From assembly GCF_009914755.1 (NCBI RefSeq), contig NC_060926.1: a DNA stretch of 64,000 bases, one strand, 5' to 3'. The number at the start of each line of letters is the position of its first letter. Position 1 is the stretch's first letter. The translations under genes were made by a program, and so were the position numbers. Shown here one piece after another: positions 41,899 through 55,871 of this stretch. Below the pieces are notes generated by a model. That model was not told where the DNA came from. It made no database searches and worked only from the letters and a program-made list of their open reading frames with translations. The stretch is from the human T2T-CHM13v2.0 reference genome, Homo sapiens.

Positions 41899-44079
41899 TT
41901 TTGTTTTTTTCTCTTTCTGCAAGATTGAAAGAGAGTTTAGATGTTCTTCCTGCCTGACGCAGTGCAGCAGAGTGAAGAAGGCTGCTCCCTCCTGGTGAGT
42001 GCCCCTGGGCCAAGATAAAAGAGGAAACAGGCTCAGAGGTGAGCATCACCCCTTTGGCTCTCACTTGTCTGATACTGGAGAGAACACGTGAACTAATGCG
42101 TGGAATCTGTGCACATGTCACTTATGCTTGTATTTCTAAGAAGAGCTCGTGAAAGTGGAGGATGAGAGCAGTGAACTAATTCCTAACACAACGATTTTGC
42201 TTTGTTTTTTCATTAGTTATGTTTCTTTAATAAACGAAGAAGGAAGCAAATTTTCCATTTGGTTCTGTGATAGTTAAATGGAGGTCCACAGAGTTGTGAC
42301 TCTTAAGCAAAGTCTAAATGCAGTTCTTTCCCACAACTGACTTCTTTCTATTGGCTTCTCACCTAAGAAAGGCTACATCTGGCATCCTGTTCAGGCCTGT
42401 GCCCAAACCTAATATGGGAGTTATAGTCACCGGCCCCGTAAGAGGCCCTGGCACCCCTCGAGGGCTGGACGGGGAAAGAGAGAGTTGGGGAACCTGCGTG
42501 TGATCGAACTGCTCACAGTGTGACCGTCCTGAGCTAGACTATTGGAGGCCTGCCTTTACAACAAAGTACAGACCCGGGGTGATTAAGCACTCATTCTGAG
42601 ACTGTGCTCGTGTTTTTGTTTAGAATGAGCCCAGATGGCCTAGAAGAAGTGAAGGGGTTGTGTACTTTTGTGTTCTGATTTAGATTAGAAGCAGAGTTTG
42701 AAGTTCATAGATGAATCAGAATGCTTATTGAATGAAAAAGCAGCATCAATGAGCAAATGAAATTGCCATCTTGAAATACAAAAGGGAGGAAAAGACCAGA
42801 ACCACAGCCATCAGGCCTATTGGATTTTGATTTCAAGTGTTGGCAAATACCTAGCAACTCCCATTTGGGGCTGGTTTGATCTTGTGGAGACAGCTGAGGA
42901 GACCGTTTTCCTCCAAATTTTGTAAAAATAAACAAAAATGCCTTTCTGCCCTTTTTTCCCCTTCCAGGGAATAGTTGTTTCTGTCACTGAGGCTCTCTGG
43001 TAGACTGTTCCATCTGTCTCTTTTTCAGACTTCACAGTGAGGCTCCAACCAGATATACACAGGGTTGCCAAGAAATTATTCAACCCCAATGGTATAATCT
43101 TAAAACAAAGCCATCTTTTGGATGGTTGCGTTTTTGATGGCCTTAACACAAAATATTGCCCCTAAATGGCAGCCTATGAATATTCACGGAGTGCCCAAGT
43201 CATATGCTTTTCCTTAGTGAGACTCTTGAGGGCCGAGGGTGGTTGTCAGCATCTCATGGCAGAGCGTGGCATGGGGCTGTGGATTTGCTAGGAGAAGGGT
43301 AAATGCCCTTCGGGGTCCAGAGGTTAATGTAGCAGATGGATGTGTCTTTTCTGTGCCTCTCCTATACCCCTTTAGTCCCCTGTCTCCTTTGGGTTGGTGG
43401 CCTTGTGCTTTTGGTGCCTTCTGCTCTGACCACGTGACCATTTCCCAGTCAAACCTGCTCATGACATGTATGCTGCCACACCTACACAGTGGTCTCCGGG
43501 GAGCCTTCTGCCTGCTGACCAGTGACCAGAGGATCTTTCGCAAACACAGATCTGACCACGCCCCTCCCACTAAGAAGGCCCCTTGGGCTTCCCCGTGTAG
43601 ACAGCAGAATCCTGACCTTTAGCACGGGATTCAGACCTCACTCCTCACGCTGCTGTCTCCTCACGCTGAGCTTCCTGCCACATCCACCCCTTGCTTTTGC
43701 TATTTCCCATGGAGGATTAACTTCCCTTCTCTCTCGCCGATCAGTGAACTCACCCTCCAACAGCCCCCCTTTATCGTCTCCTTTTCAGATCTATCAAGGA
43801 ACCATGCTCCATGCTCTTTTCTGTTGTTGGGTCTCAGGGCAGCTTCTCAGGTCAGAGCCTAGCTCTATTTCTTCTCCTTCCTGTCTGCCTCAGGCAACAG
43901 GTGGGAAAGGCAGGCGGCATCCCTGTTCCCTCCACAAGTGCCCCTCTATGTCCTTACAGCCAAGGCCATTTAACAAAGCCCTACTGTGTCCACAGGTCTG
44001 GGAGGAACTGGTTAGTCTTTCTTGAATGATATCCCCCTGGAAAATGACCCCTCCCTTACTTTCAAAGACTAAGACATCC

Positions 44080-46000
44080 ACATGAAATTGATCAGGAGAT
44101 TCAACACAGCTCAAATTAAAATCCCAGTAAGATTTTGTGTAGAAATTGGCAAGATAATTCAAAAAATTTTATGGAAAGGCAAAAGACCTAGGCTGCGTGC
44201 CGTGGTTCACGCCTGTAATCCCAGCACTTTGGGAGGCTGAGGCAGGTGGATCACCTGAGGTCGGGAGTTCGAGACCAGCCTGGCCAACATGGTGAAACCT
44301 TGTCTCTACTAAAAGTACAAAAATTAGCCAGGCGTGGTGGCACGTGCTTGTAATCCCAGCTACTCAAGAGGCTGAGGCAGGAGAATTGCTTGAACCCGGG
44401 AGGTGGAGGTTGCAGTGAGCCGCGATTGCACTACTGCACTCCAGACTGGGTGACAGAGTGAGAAAAACAAACAAACAAACAAACAAACAAACAAAAAACA
44501 GAACTAGACCAGCCAAGCAATTTTGAAAAAGAACAGAGTTGGAAGACTTCCAGTACCTCATTTTCAGAATCGCTGTAAAGCTGCAGTAATCAAGAGCAGA
44601 CTATAGGACATGTAGGCAAAAGGACAGACTTGTAGTCCAATGGGACATAGGAAGAAGTCAGGAGCAGACCCCACATGAATGATCAATGGATTTTCAACAA
44701 AGGCGCCAAAATGATTCAGTGGAGAAAGGATAATCTTTTAAATAAATGGAGCAATTGGACATCCATATAAAAATTCAAAAACCAAGAAAAACCCATACCA
44801 CATACCTTGTAGCTTGTACAAGCAACAAAGATGGATCATGAACCTAAATGTAAAGCCTAAAACCGTAAACCTTCTGGAAGAAAACATAGAAGAAAATCTT
44901 TGTGGTCTTGGCTTAGAGAAAACTTTCTTCAGACACAGAAAGTATGAACTGTCAAGGAAAAAGTTGGCAGAAATGGATTTTATCAAAATTAAAAACAGCT
45001 GCTCTTTGAAAAACACTGCAAAGAAATAAAAAGACAAGCCACACATGGGGACAAAATATTTGTAAAACACATATCTGATAAAGAAGTTGTATCCAGAGTA
45101 TGTAGAACTCTTACAGCCCCTTCACAAGAAAATGAAACAACTCAATGTAATAAATGGGCAAAAAATACTCGAACTGATTATTCACCAAACAAGATGCATA
45201 GATGGCAAATAAGACCATGAAGGGATGCTCACCCTCATTAGTCATTAAGGAAATGCAAATTAAGGTAGAATGAGATACCATTACATATATGTTAGGATGG
45301 CTTAAAACTTCAATACCATCAAATTGACCCTCATCAAAACTTCCCAACACAAACACAAACAAAAAAACCACGCTGATAATATGAAGTGATGATGAGGATG
45401 TGGAGAAACTGCAACTCTGATACATTGCTGGTGGAAGGCGAAATGGTACGGCCACTTTGGAAAAACACTTTGGAAGTTTCTTATGATGTTAAACATACCT
45501 TTACCATAGACCCAGAGATTACACTCCCGGATACTTAAAGGAGAGAAATGAAAACGTTAGTGCACACCAAGACGTGTATGCATGGCTTCTCCATTCATAA
45601 TAGCCTCAAACTGAAGACAATTCCAAATGTCCTTCCATTGGGAAGTGGGTAAACAGACTGTGTCACTTCCACACAGTGAGATACTACTCAGCAATAAAAA
45701 GACATTCTGCTGAGTGGAAAAAGCCAGACTCAAAAGTGCCCTTACTGTGTGATTCTTTTTGCATGACATTCTGGAAAAGAGCAAACTATAGGGAAGAAAG
45801 CAGACCCGTACTCACCAGGTGGGTGGAGGAGTTGACTAGAAAGCAAAGTGAGGGATTTTTGGGGGTTGACGGACAGATTCTAAATCTTGATTGTGGTGGT
45901 GACACGACTGTATATATTTTCCAAAATTCATAGTACTGTGACACCTAAATCAGGTGAATTTTATTGTAATTAAATTATGCTCAGTGAACTTGAATTAAAG
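44080..46000 (+). mobile_element. Old L1M ORF2 3' part plus 3'UTR
   Basis: ORF 44814-45029 (WIMNLNVKPKTVNLLEENIEENL...DFIKIKN) is L1 ORF2-like. The 3'UTR ends at ggtgaattttattgtaattaaattatgctc. Confidence 0.85.
44191..44500 (+). mobile_element. AluS with (AAAC)n tail, inserted in L1
   Basis: Full dimer starting ggctgcgtgccgtgg. Confidence 0.94.
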
Positions 46001-47865
46001 AGAGTTAAGATAGGGGAGTCTCTGGATCACTTTTTTGAGGTGAGAACACTGTGTCTGAGGCCGTGTTGACACTTTTTCCAAGTGCTTCTGGGTATGGTTT
46101 GAGGGGGTTCTTTATGTGGAATTACTTGTTTTACGTGCCCAGGGTGAGGCCTTTGAGTTCACATTGAGCCACATTGTCATTTTCAATGAAGGCAGGTTGC
46201 AAGCTGTGTGACTGCACTCAGTTTAGCCCATTCCTCTTTCTAAGGCGTTCCACGACAACACAGGTGCAGTCAGGTCTTCCATCAGCTCTGGACGCCCTAG
46301 ACTGTGTGGTGCTTCAGTGAGGCCCTCGTGGTGGGGTGGTGCAGCCCGAGGCACCACCTTGTTTTTCACTGCAAGGTGGCTGCAGAGCAGAACCAGTGCT
46401 CTGGTCTGTGGTCCTGAGAGCCCTCAGGGCGCTGGGATGACATCCCTCCGTGAAATACAGGTGCCTGAGGCCATGTTCCTGAAGGCATTGCTCATCTCAA
46501 CCACCTGGAAAACTCTCTGGTCCGCGGGCCTCTCCCAGAGATCCGGGAAATGGGGGGCAGCTGTTTCCAGACCTCACCAGTGAGAAAGGCGCTCCATGTT
46601 CTGTCCTGGCCGCAGAGGTGAACATAGCCGGGGTCACTCCAGCTCCCACTGGGTTGAATGTCGCTGAGTGCAGGGCAGAGAGCAGGACGGAGAGAGAATG
46701 AGCTTGGAGGAAGCCCCCAGCATATTTCCTGGATTACTGAGAGGAGCTGCCCTTCTGCCAGGGCCAGGGGAGGCCAGCTCTGTCAGTGGGAGACCCCTAT
46801 GGACGACTGTCCAGGCTGGTGTTTGTGACAGGTCTGCTGGGTGTGGGGAGGCACAGGGTTAACTACTGCAGGGCTAGAGCCCATTGCTGACTTCTATATA
46901 TTCCCTTGACTGGCACCGTGTCGCCCTGGCCTGGTGGATCGCTTGACAGTAAGCCTGAGGCTGGTGCCTACCCATTTCATGGCGTGGTGGAGGGGGGCTA
47001 CCAAGGTCTTGCTCGTATTTCTGTTGAGAGGGACACCGGGGAGCTCTCTGGTCAGGCTGCGCGTGGGGGCCCTGGCTCCCTGGCTCATATTCTGTGGCCT
47101 GACCTGCAAGCCCAGCTTCAGGCTCTCGACTTCCTCCTGAAGGGCGTTTCTCAAGTTTGAATGAACGGCTTAAATTGGCAAGACGTAATCCAGGGCTCTG
47201 TTAAACTAGCCACAGAGAGTTCTAAATCTGCCTCCCTCAGTCACCAAGATGCTGCATTTATAGGCAATTTTTGCTGTATGAATCACATTTTGGCCTCTTA
47301 TGTGGCTCAAACTACTTACAAATCAAGAACATTCTATAGCCTCTACATCACATGGGGGACTGGGCCTGTAGGGGTGCTGGGACATCCCCTGGAGGGGCAG
47401 CACAAACCCTGTTCGCTGTGGCCAATGCAGAAGGAGTTGTGATGAGGCAGCTTTTTTTTCTTTTTCCTGAGGTGGTTTGTCACTCAGATTCTGCTTCCTG
47501 TTGAGGTTGGTAGAGCCTCAAGTGCCATGCAGAGAAGTCCACCTATAAACTGCCATTCCCTGGTCTTTCATGAGGCAGACTTGACTGCTCGTCCAAGTGC
47601 TCTATTCTGTTGTATAAGGCAATCTCCACCCTCATTAGAGCCCATGGTGGGTGAAGATGGTATGTGGGTGCTTGGAGCGGAAGGAGAGTCACATTTATAC
47701 ACTCACATGTCAGCAGCCGTGGGTCCATACAATGTTCCTCCTCCAGAGAACAAGCTTCTTTGTCTGCATCCCCTCCACTGCCAGCATGTGCTGGGTCCAG
47801 AGTGCCGGGCCTCGGGCGGGGTGGTCCATCTTGGTGGCTGTTTACTTAATCTCCTCCTCCTATAC

Positions 47866-48072
47866 CTGTGGTTCTAAACTATGGTGATTTTGCCTCCAGA
47901 GACATTCAGTGACATTTTTGGTTGTCCAAACTTGGGGAGGTTACTACTGACTGTCAGCTACGGTGGAGAGGCCAGGGATGCTGTTAACCATCCCAAAATG
48001 CTTGGTTCGGCTGCTCACAACAAAGAATTATCTGGCCCAAAATGGGAAAAGTGCCTGGGTAGAGAAACTGCC
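47866..48072. mobile_element. MER20 (hAT-Charlie) element
   Basis: gtggttctaaac...gacatttttggttgtc...gaggccagggatgctgttaaccatcc...acaacaaagaattatctggcccaaaatg. Confidence 0.85.
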
Positions 48073-50436
48073 CTCGACTGAGAGCTCCTGACGGTAAGCA
48101 CAGTGTTGATTCCTCTTTCCATCTTCAGAGCCTGGCAGGTATCATGTGCTCAGTTGGCATAGGCTGAATCAAATCTGTGATTAAAAGGCTCACATGCATG
48201 TTGGTTTTTGTGTTGATAAAATACTTTCAATATTCCGTGATAATTTTTGTTCTATTTGTTTGTTTGTTTGTCTAAGCATAGAAATTAAATCAGCTTTCAA
48301 TTAGTCATACTAATGGGTGGGAGAGAAGAGTAGTCCCTCCAAAACGGAAGATCCCCCAGAATCCACTTTTACGGTTGTCTGTGCAATGATACAGAGACAC
48401 AAATGCACAGTAGGACTCACTGTTGCCCTCTAGAGCCAGCCCGAGGCCCTTTCTTGTTTGGTTTACAGGCATGGGGGAAGGCCCTGCCTTGTTGATAATC
48501 TACAAAGTGCAACAGATAATTGGAAAGGAACTAATTATTTTACCTTGACTGTACTATTCCCCATCTTCCTCTCTCCTCTCCTTTTTTTTAATCTTAAAAG
48601 GAAAACGAAGTGAAATCTAGGACACTTGTTTTTTTTTTTTTTTAATTTCAATTGAATATAGATTAATTTGTTCATTCAACAGATACTTACTGAGCTTCTT
48701 CCATGGACTAAATGAGGGTAAAAGCACACCATGTCTGCCTTTGGTGACCCTGGTGGGAGTACTATCACAACCTAAGGGTGATAAAGGAAGCACTCGATGC
48801 TCCAAGGCATGTGTGTGCATGTCTGTGTGCGTGTGCATGTGTGTGTGTGTCTGTTTGCATGTGTGGGGAGGGTGTGCCCTGCCCTTCAGGCTGTGCAGCA
48901 TGGGCTGGCAGCAACTTCTGAGGGGAAGAAGAGAGGGGGAAGAAGAGATTTGCAGGCACACAGTGGGTAGAGGATATGATTAGCATTGTTGGTACAATTT
49001 CCAGGCATCTTCTGCCTGTACCTCTTTGTGATCGTCCAGGCAGAACCTACCACATCTCCATGAAGGAGGCAGGATGTGGAGGTTCCACACCAGGTGGACT
49101 TGGGGATTCAAACTCAGGCCTCTGACTCCCAGCAGAAGACTTTTCCCCAAAGTGTGTCACCAACACCACCCAGGGTGCTGGGATGGTTCCCTAGGGCTCA
49201 GAGCCTTGATTCAGCCCCAGCCCCCAAGGAGGGTGTTTGTTTGCTCTCCACCAGCAGGGGGATAAAGTGCTGTTTGGAGAGTGTCAGGGCTGGAAGGGCA
49301 GGCCATGCTCATGGAAAATTTCCCTATTTAAGTAATGACTGAGTAGGTTTATGGAAGAGCATTAAGGAGACTTCAGGTGCAGGGATGATGTGGCAGAGGC
49401 CATTGAGGGCCACCACCTGGCAGAGATCTGGAAAGCTCTTGCTTAACCCAAGGGAGAGGTGGCCCTTCTCAAGCAGAGGGACCAGTTTCTATTTTCTCCC
49501 TTGAAAACAAGAAGGAGACAGTGGCCCCTGTCCTCTGGCATGGGGTCAAGGATGCAGAGATTACTGCTCTGCTCAGCCTAGCACCCCACCTCCACCTTCC
49601 CTGGAATCTGTCCCACCTGATGGCCAGCAGATGGCCCTGGGGAGGAAGCTACCAACTCTTGCTTTAAGAAACTGTCCCAGTTGAGAGAATTGACCTACCC
49701 CATGGGACTTGTCTTGTTTGAAAGGAAACCTTTGAGAGTCTTCTTTTAAATCACATGTCTTCTGTGATGAGTGTAGGTAGGAAAAAAGGAAACATTAGGT
49801 GTTGGAGGCAAAACTGCTCATATGGAGGAAAATCGTTTCATCTTTTATACTTCTTACATCTTTTTTGTATACCTGAAAGCAAGTGTAGAAGAAAAAAACT
49901 GATTCTGCCAGTTGGCAACAGTTATTCCTGACCTTAAAACTAGTCTTGATGTGGAGGAGACATCAGTGTGCAATGCTATAGATGACATATTGCTTAAACG
50001 CTTCCTCATTTAACTGTCATAGCCCCTAAAATGGGTGTTACTAATTTTGTTTTAGAGATAAGGGCACTAATGCTCAGAGAGGTTGAGGAGTTTGTCCGAG
50101 GCCACATAGCCATTCAATAAAGACTGTGTTCTTTCTAGTGTATTAGGAATCTCTGCTGACCTGGGCAGAGCTGTGAATATGAGATACGATTTGAGAAAAT
50201 GCACCAAACAAATCAAAAAGCAACTTTACAGGAGAAGATACAAGGATGTACCTGATTGCTTGTCAAAGAAATAAAAATATATGATATGTACTGTGAAATG
50301 CAGTAATTTCCCTTTACCCAATGCTTCACTTTCTGTGGTTTCAGTTACCTGTGGTCAATTTTGTTCTGAAAATATTAAATGGAAAATTTCAGAAACAATT
50401 TATTAGTTTTAAATTGTGTGCCATCCTGAGTAATGT

Positions 50437-50966
50437 TGTGTCCGGAGTTGGTTTCTGCTGGTGGGTTTGTGGTCTCTCTGACTTCAAGAATGAAGCCGCG
50501 GACCTTCGCAGTGAGTGTTACAGCTCTTAAAGATGGCTTGGACCCAAAGAGTGAGCAGTAGCAAGGTTTATTGTGAAGAGCAAAAGGACAAAGTTTCCAC
50601 AGGGTGGAAGGGGACCCCAGCGGGTTGCCGCTGCTGGCTGGGGTGGCCAGCTTTTATTCCCTTATTTGACCTCTCTGATGTTCTGTTTCTGTCCTATCAG
50701 AATGCCCTTTTTTCAATCCTCCCTGTGATTGGCTACTTTTAGGATTCTGCTGATTGGTGCATTTTACAGAGCGTTGATTGGCGCATTTTACAAAGCACTG
50801 ATTGGTGCATTTTACAATCCTCTTGCTAGCTACAGAGCGCTGATTGGTGCATTTTACAATCCGAGCTACAGAGTGCTAATTGGTGCATTTTACAATCCTC
50901 TCCTAAGACAGAAAAGTTCTCCAAGTCCCCACTCGACCCAGGAAATCCAGCTGGCTTCACCTCTCA
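50437..50966 (-). mobile_element. LTR12-family (ERV9) short solo LTR nested in MER44
   Basis: tgtgtccggagttgg...ccagctggcttcacctctca with tandem ctgattggtgcattttaca units and a 4-bp TSD-like atgt/atat. Confidence 0.92.
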
Positions 50967-51129
50967 ATATGATGAAATCTGAAGCCATCCTGCTCCATCC
51001 CATCCTGAATGGAATCCTCCCCTTGTCCAGGTTACCCACCCGTTAGTCACTTAGTAGCTGTCTCAGTGATCAGATGGCTTGTCATGGTGTCACAGTGCTT
51101 GTGTTTAAGTCATCTTTATTTGACTTCAT

Positions 51130-51393
51130 ATGTCCCCAAAACACAAGAGTCGTGATGCTGGCAATTGGGATATGCCAAAGAGAAGCCATAAAGTGTTTCC
51201 TTTAGGTAAAAAAGTGAAAGTTCTCGACTTCATAAGAAAAGAAAAGCAATCATATGCTGCGGTTGCTAAGATCTACAGAAAGAAGGAGTCTTCTACCTGT
51301 GAAATTGTGAAGAAGGAAAAAGAAATTTGTGCTAGTTTTGCTGTCACACCTCAAATTGTAAAAGGTACAGCCACAGGGGTGATAAGCACTTAA
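51130..51393 (+). pseudogene. Tigger transposase N-terminal remnant (CENP-B/psq-type HTH)
   Basis: MSPKHKSRDAGNWDMPKRSHKVFPLGKKVKVLDFIRKEKQSYAAVAKIY... lies inside MER44 and has no DDE domain. Confidence 0.75.
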
Positions 51394-51709
51394 TTAAGAT
51401 GGAAATTAAATTTGTGGGTGGAAGACATGGACAGGAATATGTCTGGTTGGCAGTGGGGTTCAGTACTCTCCCTGGTTTTAAACATTTAGTGGAGTTTTGG
51501 AATGTATCCCCGGTACAGAAGGGGGACCTACTGTAAAAGCCAGAAGACCCTGTGTGCAAAGAGAATATACAATGTAAATCCCAACTCTTGTATGGGATTC
51601 CAAGGACATTGATTTTTCTAAGACTCAGATGATGCTGTTAAGACTCTCTGACAATTCTTTGTGCTTTGGAGTCTTATTCATTCTTCATTCATCAAACAGT
51701 TATTTCGTA

Positions 51710-52245
51710 TCAGGTAGGATGCCTTTAGCTATGACCCTGGCTTAACTATTTTAGATAGGAAGTGGATTGTTTTCTCTCTTAATGATTCCTGAAGTGGGGC
51801 AGTTTCAGGGTGGTTATTTCAGGGGCTCCGTGACACCTCAAGGACCAGAGTGGCTTTGATCTTTCTTCTCTGCAACTCAACATGTCAGTTTTGTCTTTGA
51901 CCGACTCACTCATGGTCACAATATGGCTGCTGAGGTTCTTGCTCTCACATATAGATGTAGAAGATTGAGAAAAGGGGGACCCGTGTTTTCCCATATGTCA
52001 TTTTTTAGCAGCATGGAAACTTTTTTTCCGGAAACCCTTCAAGAGACTTTCCTTCATCTCTCATTGGCCAGATAAACCCATCCGTCCATTCCTAAGGCCA
52101 TCAAAGGCAAGAAGCATTGGGGTGACTGTGATTGGGTTAGTTAGTGGCTCCGTAGAGAAGAGTAGGTTACATGAGCAGACTTAGGACTTTATTACCAAGG
52201 ATGGGAGGAAGAGGGGTTGGGCCAACAACTGGAAATCTTGCTACA
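51710..52245. mobile_element. Ancient ERVL/MaLR-type LTR remnant
   Basis: catggtcacaatatggctgctg...tctcattggccaga motifs are typical of old LTR33/MLT1-type elements. The family is uncertain. Confidence 0.5.
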
Positions 52246-52431
52246 CGTTTAAAAAATATTTTTATTATGGAAAATTTTAAACACGAGGGAGAGTAGCATA
52301 GTGGATTCCCTATTATTTGTCTCTTAGTTTCTACAATTATCAACATTTTGACAGTTTTAGTTCACCCTATCCTCCCTTTTATCTCTGGCTAGAGTATTTT
52401 ATTTATTTATTTATTTTTAACATAGTTTTTG

Positions 52432-52737
<306 letters not shown>

Positions 52738-54783
52738 ATGCTGGCTAGGGTACCTTAAAGTGCATCTCAGATATATATCATTTTTTAGGTGCTCTGGACA
52801 TATATCGAGTACCTGCTATCTGCCTAGTTACAGCCAAAGAAGATATCTGTTTCGGGGACAAGAAATTAGTGAAAACTCACTGGTATTAGCTACTTTTTGC
52901 TGCAAAAGACAAAATTCCCTGAAACAAAGGAAAAAGGCAATATCCAGGAAATGGAGTTTTCTCCAAAGCTTTTGTTTGTTCTGGCTGCATCTGACATCCT
53001 TTCGATGTTAGAGAACAGGTGTCCTGGGAAGTCCGGGTGGGGAACAGGGGATCCTTCCTACCCCCCGAGACAGACGTGGAGCTGAGTGGAAGTTCCGCAT
53101 CTCGTTTGTCATTTCCCTTCTCACGCTGATGAGGCCAATGCTTTCTAAGAGTGGGTTTTGGTTGGGTGACACTTGTTTCTGCATGTTAATAGATTTCTGG
53201 GGTAAGATAAAGCTCGGTGATGTCACCTGCAGGTGTGTGAACCTGTGGTAGCAGTCTGCTGCCTGACATTTGCTTCATAAGGCGTTGCTAGCCACATCTG
53301 TCCTCAGCTGTGAGAGTGTCTGTATGCACCAGCAGGCTGAACAGAGAGATGTTTGTAACCAGAACAGAGAGTCAGATGTAACAAGCTGACTCTGGGCTGC
53401 GTTGCAAACACATGTACTTTCCCTATGGCGTTAGCTGATTTGATTTAGTTATGGAACAAAATACAAATGTTATTTCTTTAAAATATCACGGTGCCAGGCA
53501 GAGTATATTTCCTTACACCTTTTTCTGAGTTTCTTAAGCCCACCTGTTTTATTACAGGTTTAAAAGACCCCTCTTCCTCTGTGTGTCTCAAACAGGAAGC
53601 CTGCCTTCTCATTTTCCTTCAGTTTTGAAATATTTAATCCTTTGAAGAGAGTTTGCATGCTTCGTGCGAGGCGGTACCTTTGTATATAACACAATAAAAT
53701 TCGCCACTCATCTACATGCGTTTCTCCATTTCTATATGACAATTAAAGGTCAAATTGCAAAGTTGAATCAGTTATAGCTCTGCGTTTAGGATACGTTCAA
53801 CCTGAGCTGATTTTATCTGCCTGGGCTTCGTAAAATGTTAGTATTTGCATAGTGAGTTTAAAAACAGAAACCTTTTGCATAACCATATTTGAAAAATCCA
53901 AAACAAAGAGAAAGAGAATGGACTGATGATATGAAAAGATGCCATTTGACCGGACGCTGTGTAGTCTGGGTGGCTTTTGTGGCAGTTGTGCTGCTTCTGA
54001 GCGTAGCTTTCTAGAGTGTGCGAGTGGTGGCTAGATGTGCTTTGTTTCGTGTGCTGTGCATTTCAGTGCTATGTGAGGATCCATCTGACCCCAATACATT
54101 TTATTTGACATGCACAGCTGGGTTGCTGGAGGATAGTTCAGGCCATTAACAAGAAGGCAAAAGAAAACACAGACAATCTATTCATCAGAACACTATGAAA
54201 GGGAGACTTATTGGGGCAAGCTCTGGCAAGAGCACACCTGGAGGAAGGAGAAGGAGGAAAACCAACTGGGTGCCTAGGGAGAAGGGCGGAGGAAATGCAG
54301 CTGCTGTTGACGGCAGCCGGCTGCATGGAGAGGGGCTTTGCCAGTGGTGAAACCCGATTCCATTTCCAACTTGTGGAATCGTATTTTAGGATGCTCTGCA
54401 AACAAGAGGGTTGGATGGCAGACATAAGGTCTTATTTGCTGAGGGGTCTTTGCTCACCAGGCGCTTGGCACCCCAGCAGGACCCCAGGCTAAGGAGTGTG
54501 ATGCTCACCTTGCATCTGAGGGTGGCAACCAAGTTCCTGGCCTGTGGGATCAATGCTAGGACTCCCCAGGCATCCCTCAGACTCACCGAAGAGGGAAGAG
54601 AGGAGGCGGCTTCTAGAATCCTTGGAAAGCCATTTCCTTGCCCTTCTTCAGCCACAGAGATGCCCCAGTAACCTCAGCCCGGTTCTCACAACCTGCCTAC
54701 TCCCAACCCTGTCTTTCCCTTCCTGCTTCCTATCTGTGACTTTGCAGCACTGGTTTCACATTTTGTGCTTTTATCCAGTATAA

Positions 54784-55132
<349 letters not shown>

Positions 55133-55696
55133 TTGAATAGCCATTTTCTAATCCTGTGTAGAGACCCAGGAAAAGGCTCCACCGCAGCTGCAGTAAGAGG
55201 CTGGGGTGTCTGTGCATCACCTTGGTCATTTGGACCTTTTCGGAGTGGCCACTCTGAGCCTGGCCTGGGCTGAGACATTGCTTGCTGTCCCCAACTTGCT
55301 TACTGGTCTTCGGGAAAAGATCAGTGTGTGTACTTAATTCACCACGATGAATCTTGGTGCAGAAGATGGAGTGCCTGGGGTACCCAAGAGCCTTCCTTTC
55401 TGGCCAGAACTCTATCCAGATCTTCAGTGCAGAGACCAGGAGCTTTGGAGAGAGAGACTCGAGTTCATGTCTAGGTGATCTGCTGCAAGTCAAGCACATG
55501 TGTAGAAGAGCACTCAGGAAGTGGCAGCCGGGCTTATCTGCATCTGGGGACCACAGAGGGAGCTGGTTGTTTAACACGGCCCCCTGTTATCCACTGGTTC
55601 CCCTGTTCTCACAGATCGGAGTCCTGCTGGAAGCGAGTGTTACTCTATTGAGCTGAAGTCCACAATAAATCCTACAAGAGCTTCTAGGAGTAACAA

Positions 55697-55871
55697 GGCA
55701 TACGCCTGTAATCCCAGCTACTCGAGAGGCTGAGGCATGAGAAGAGCTGAGGCACGAGAGTCACCTGAACCCTGGAGGCGGAGGTTGCAGTGAGTCGAGA
55801 TCATGCCACTGCACTCCTGCCTGGGCAACAGAGTGAGACCCTATCTCAACAACAACATCAACAATAACAAC
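55697..55871 (+). mobile_element. Alu right-monomer fragment with (AAC)n tail
   Basis: gcctgtaatcccagctactc...gcaacagagtgagaccctatctc. Confidence 0.88.

Larger units (their letters stand above)
50301..51533 (+). mobile_element. MER44 (Tigger7 deletion derivative, about 700 bp excluding the nested LTR)
   Basis: Degenerate TIRs cagtaatttccctt / aagggggacctactg. MER44 text ggtttcagttacctgtggtcaa...aaaatattaaatggaaaatt resumes after the LTR as gatgaaatct. Confidence 0.88.

Noticed and set aside
51130-51393. Domesticated Tigger/CENP-B-like gene
   Set aside because: Only the N-terminal HTH remnant within a non-autonomous MER44 element is present, with no catalytic domain and no evidence of expression.
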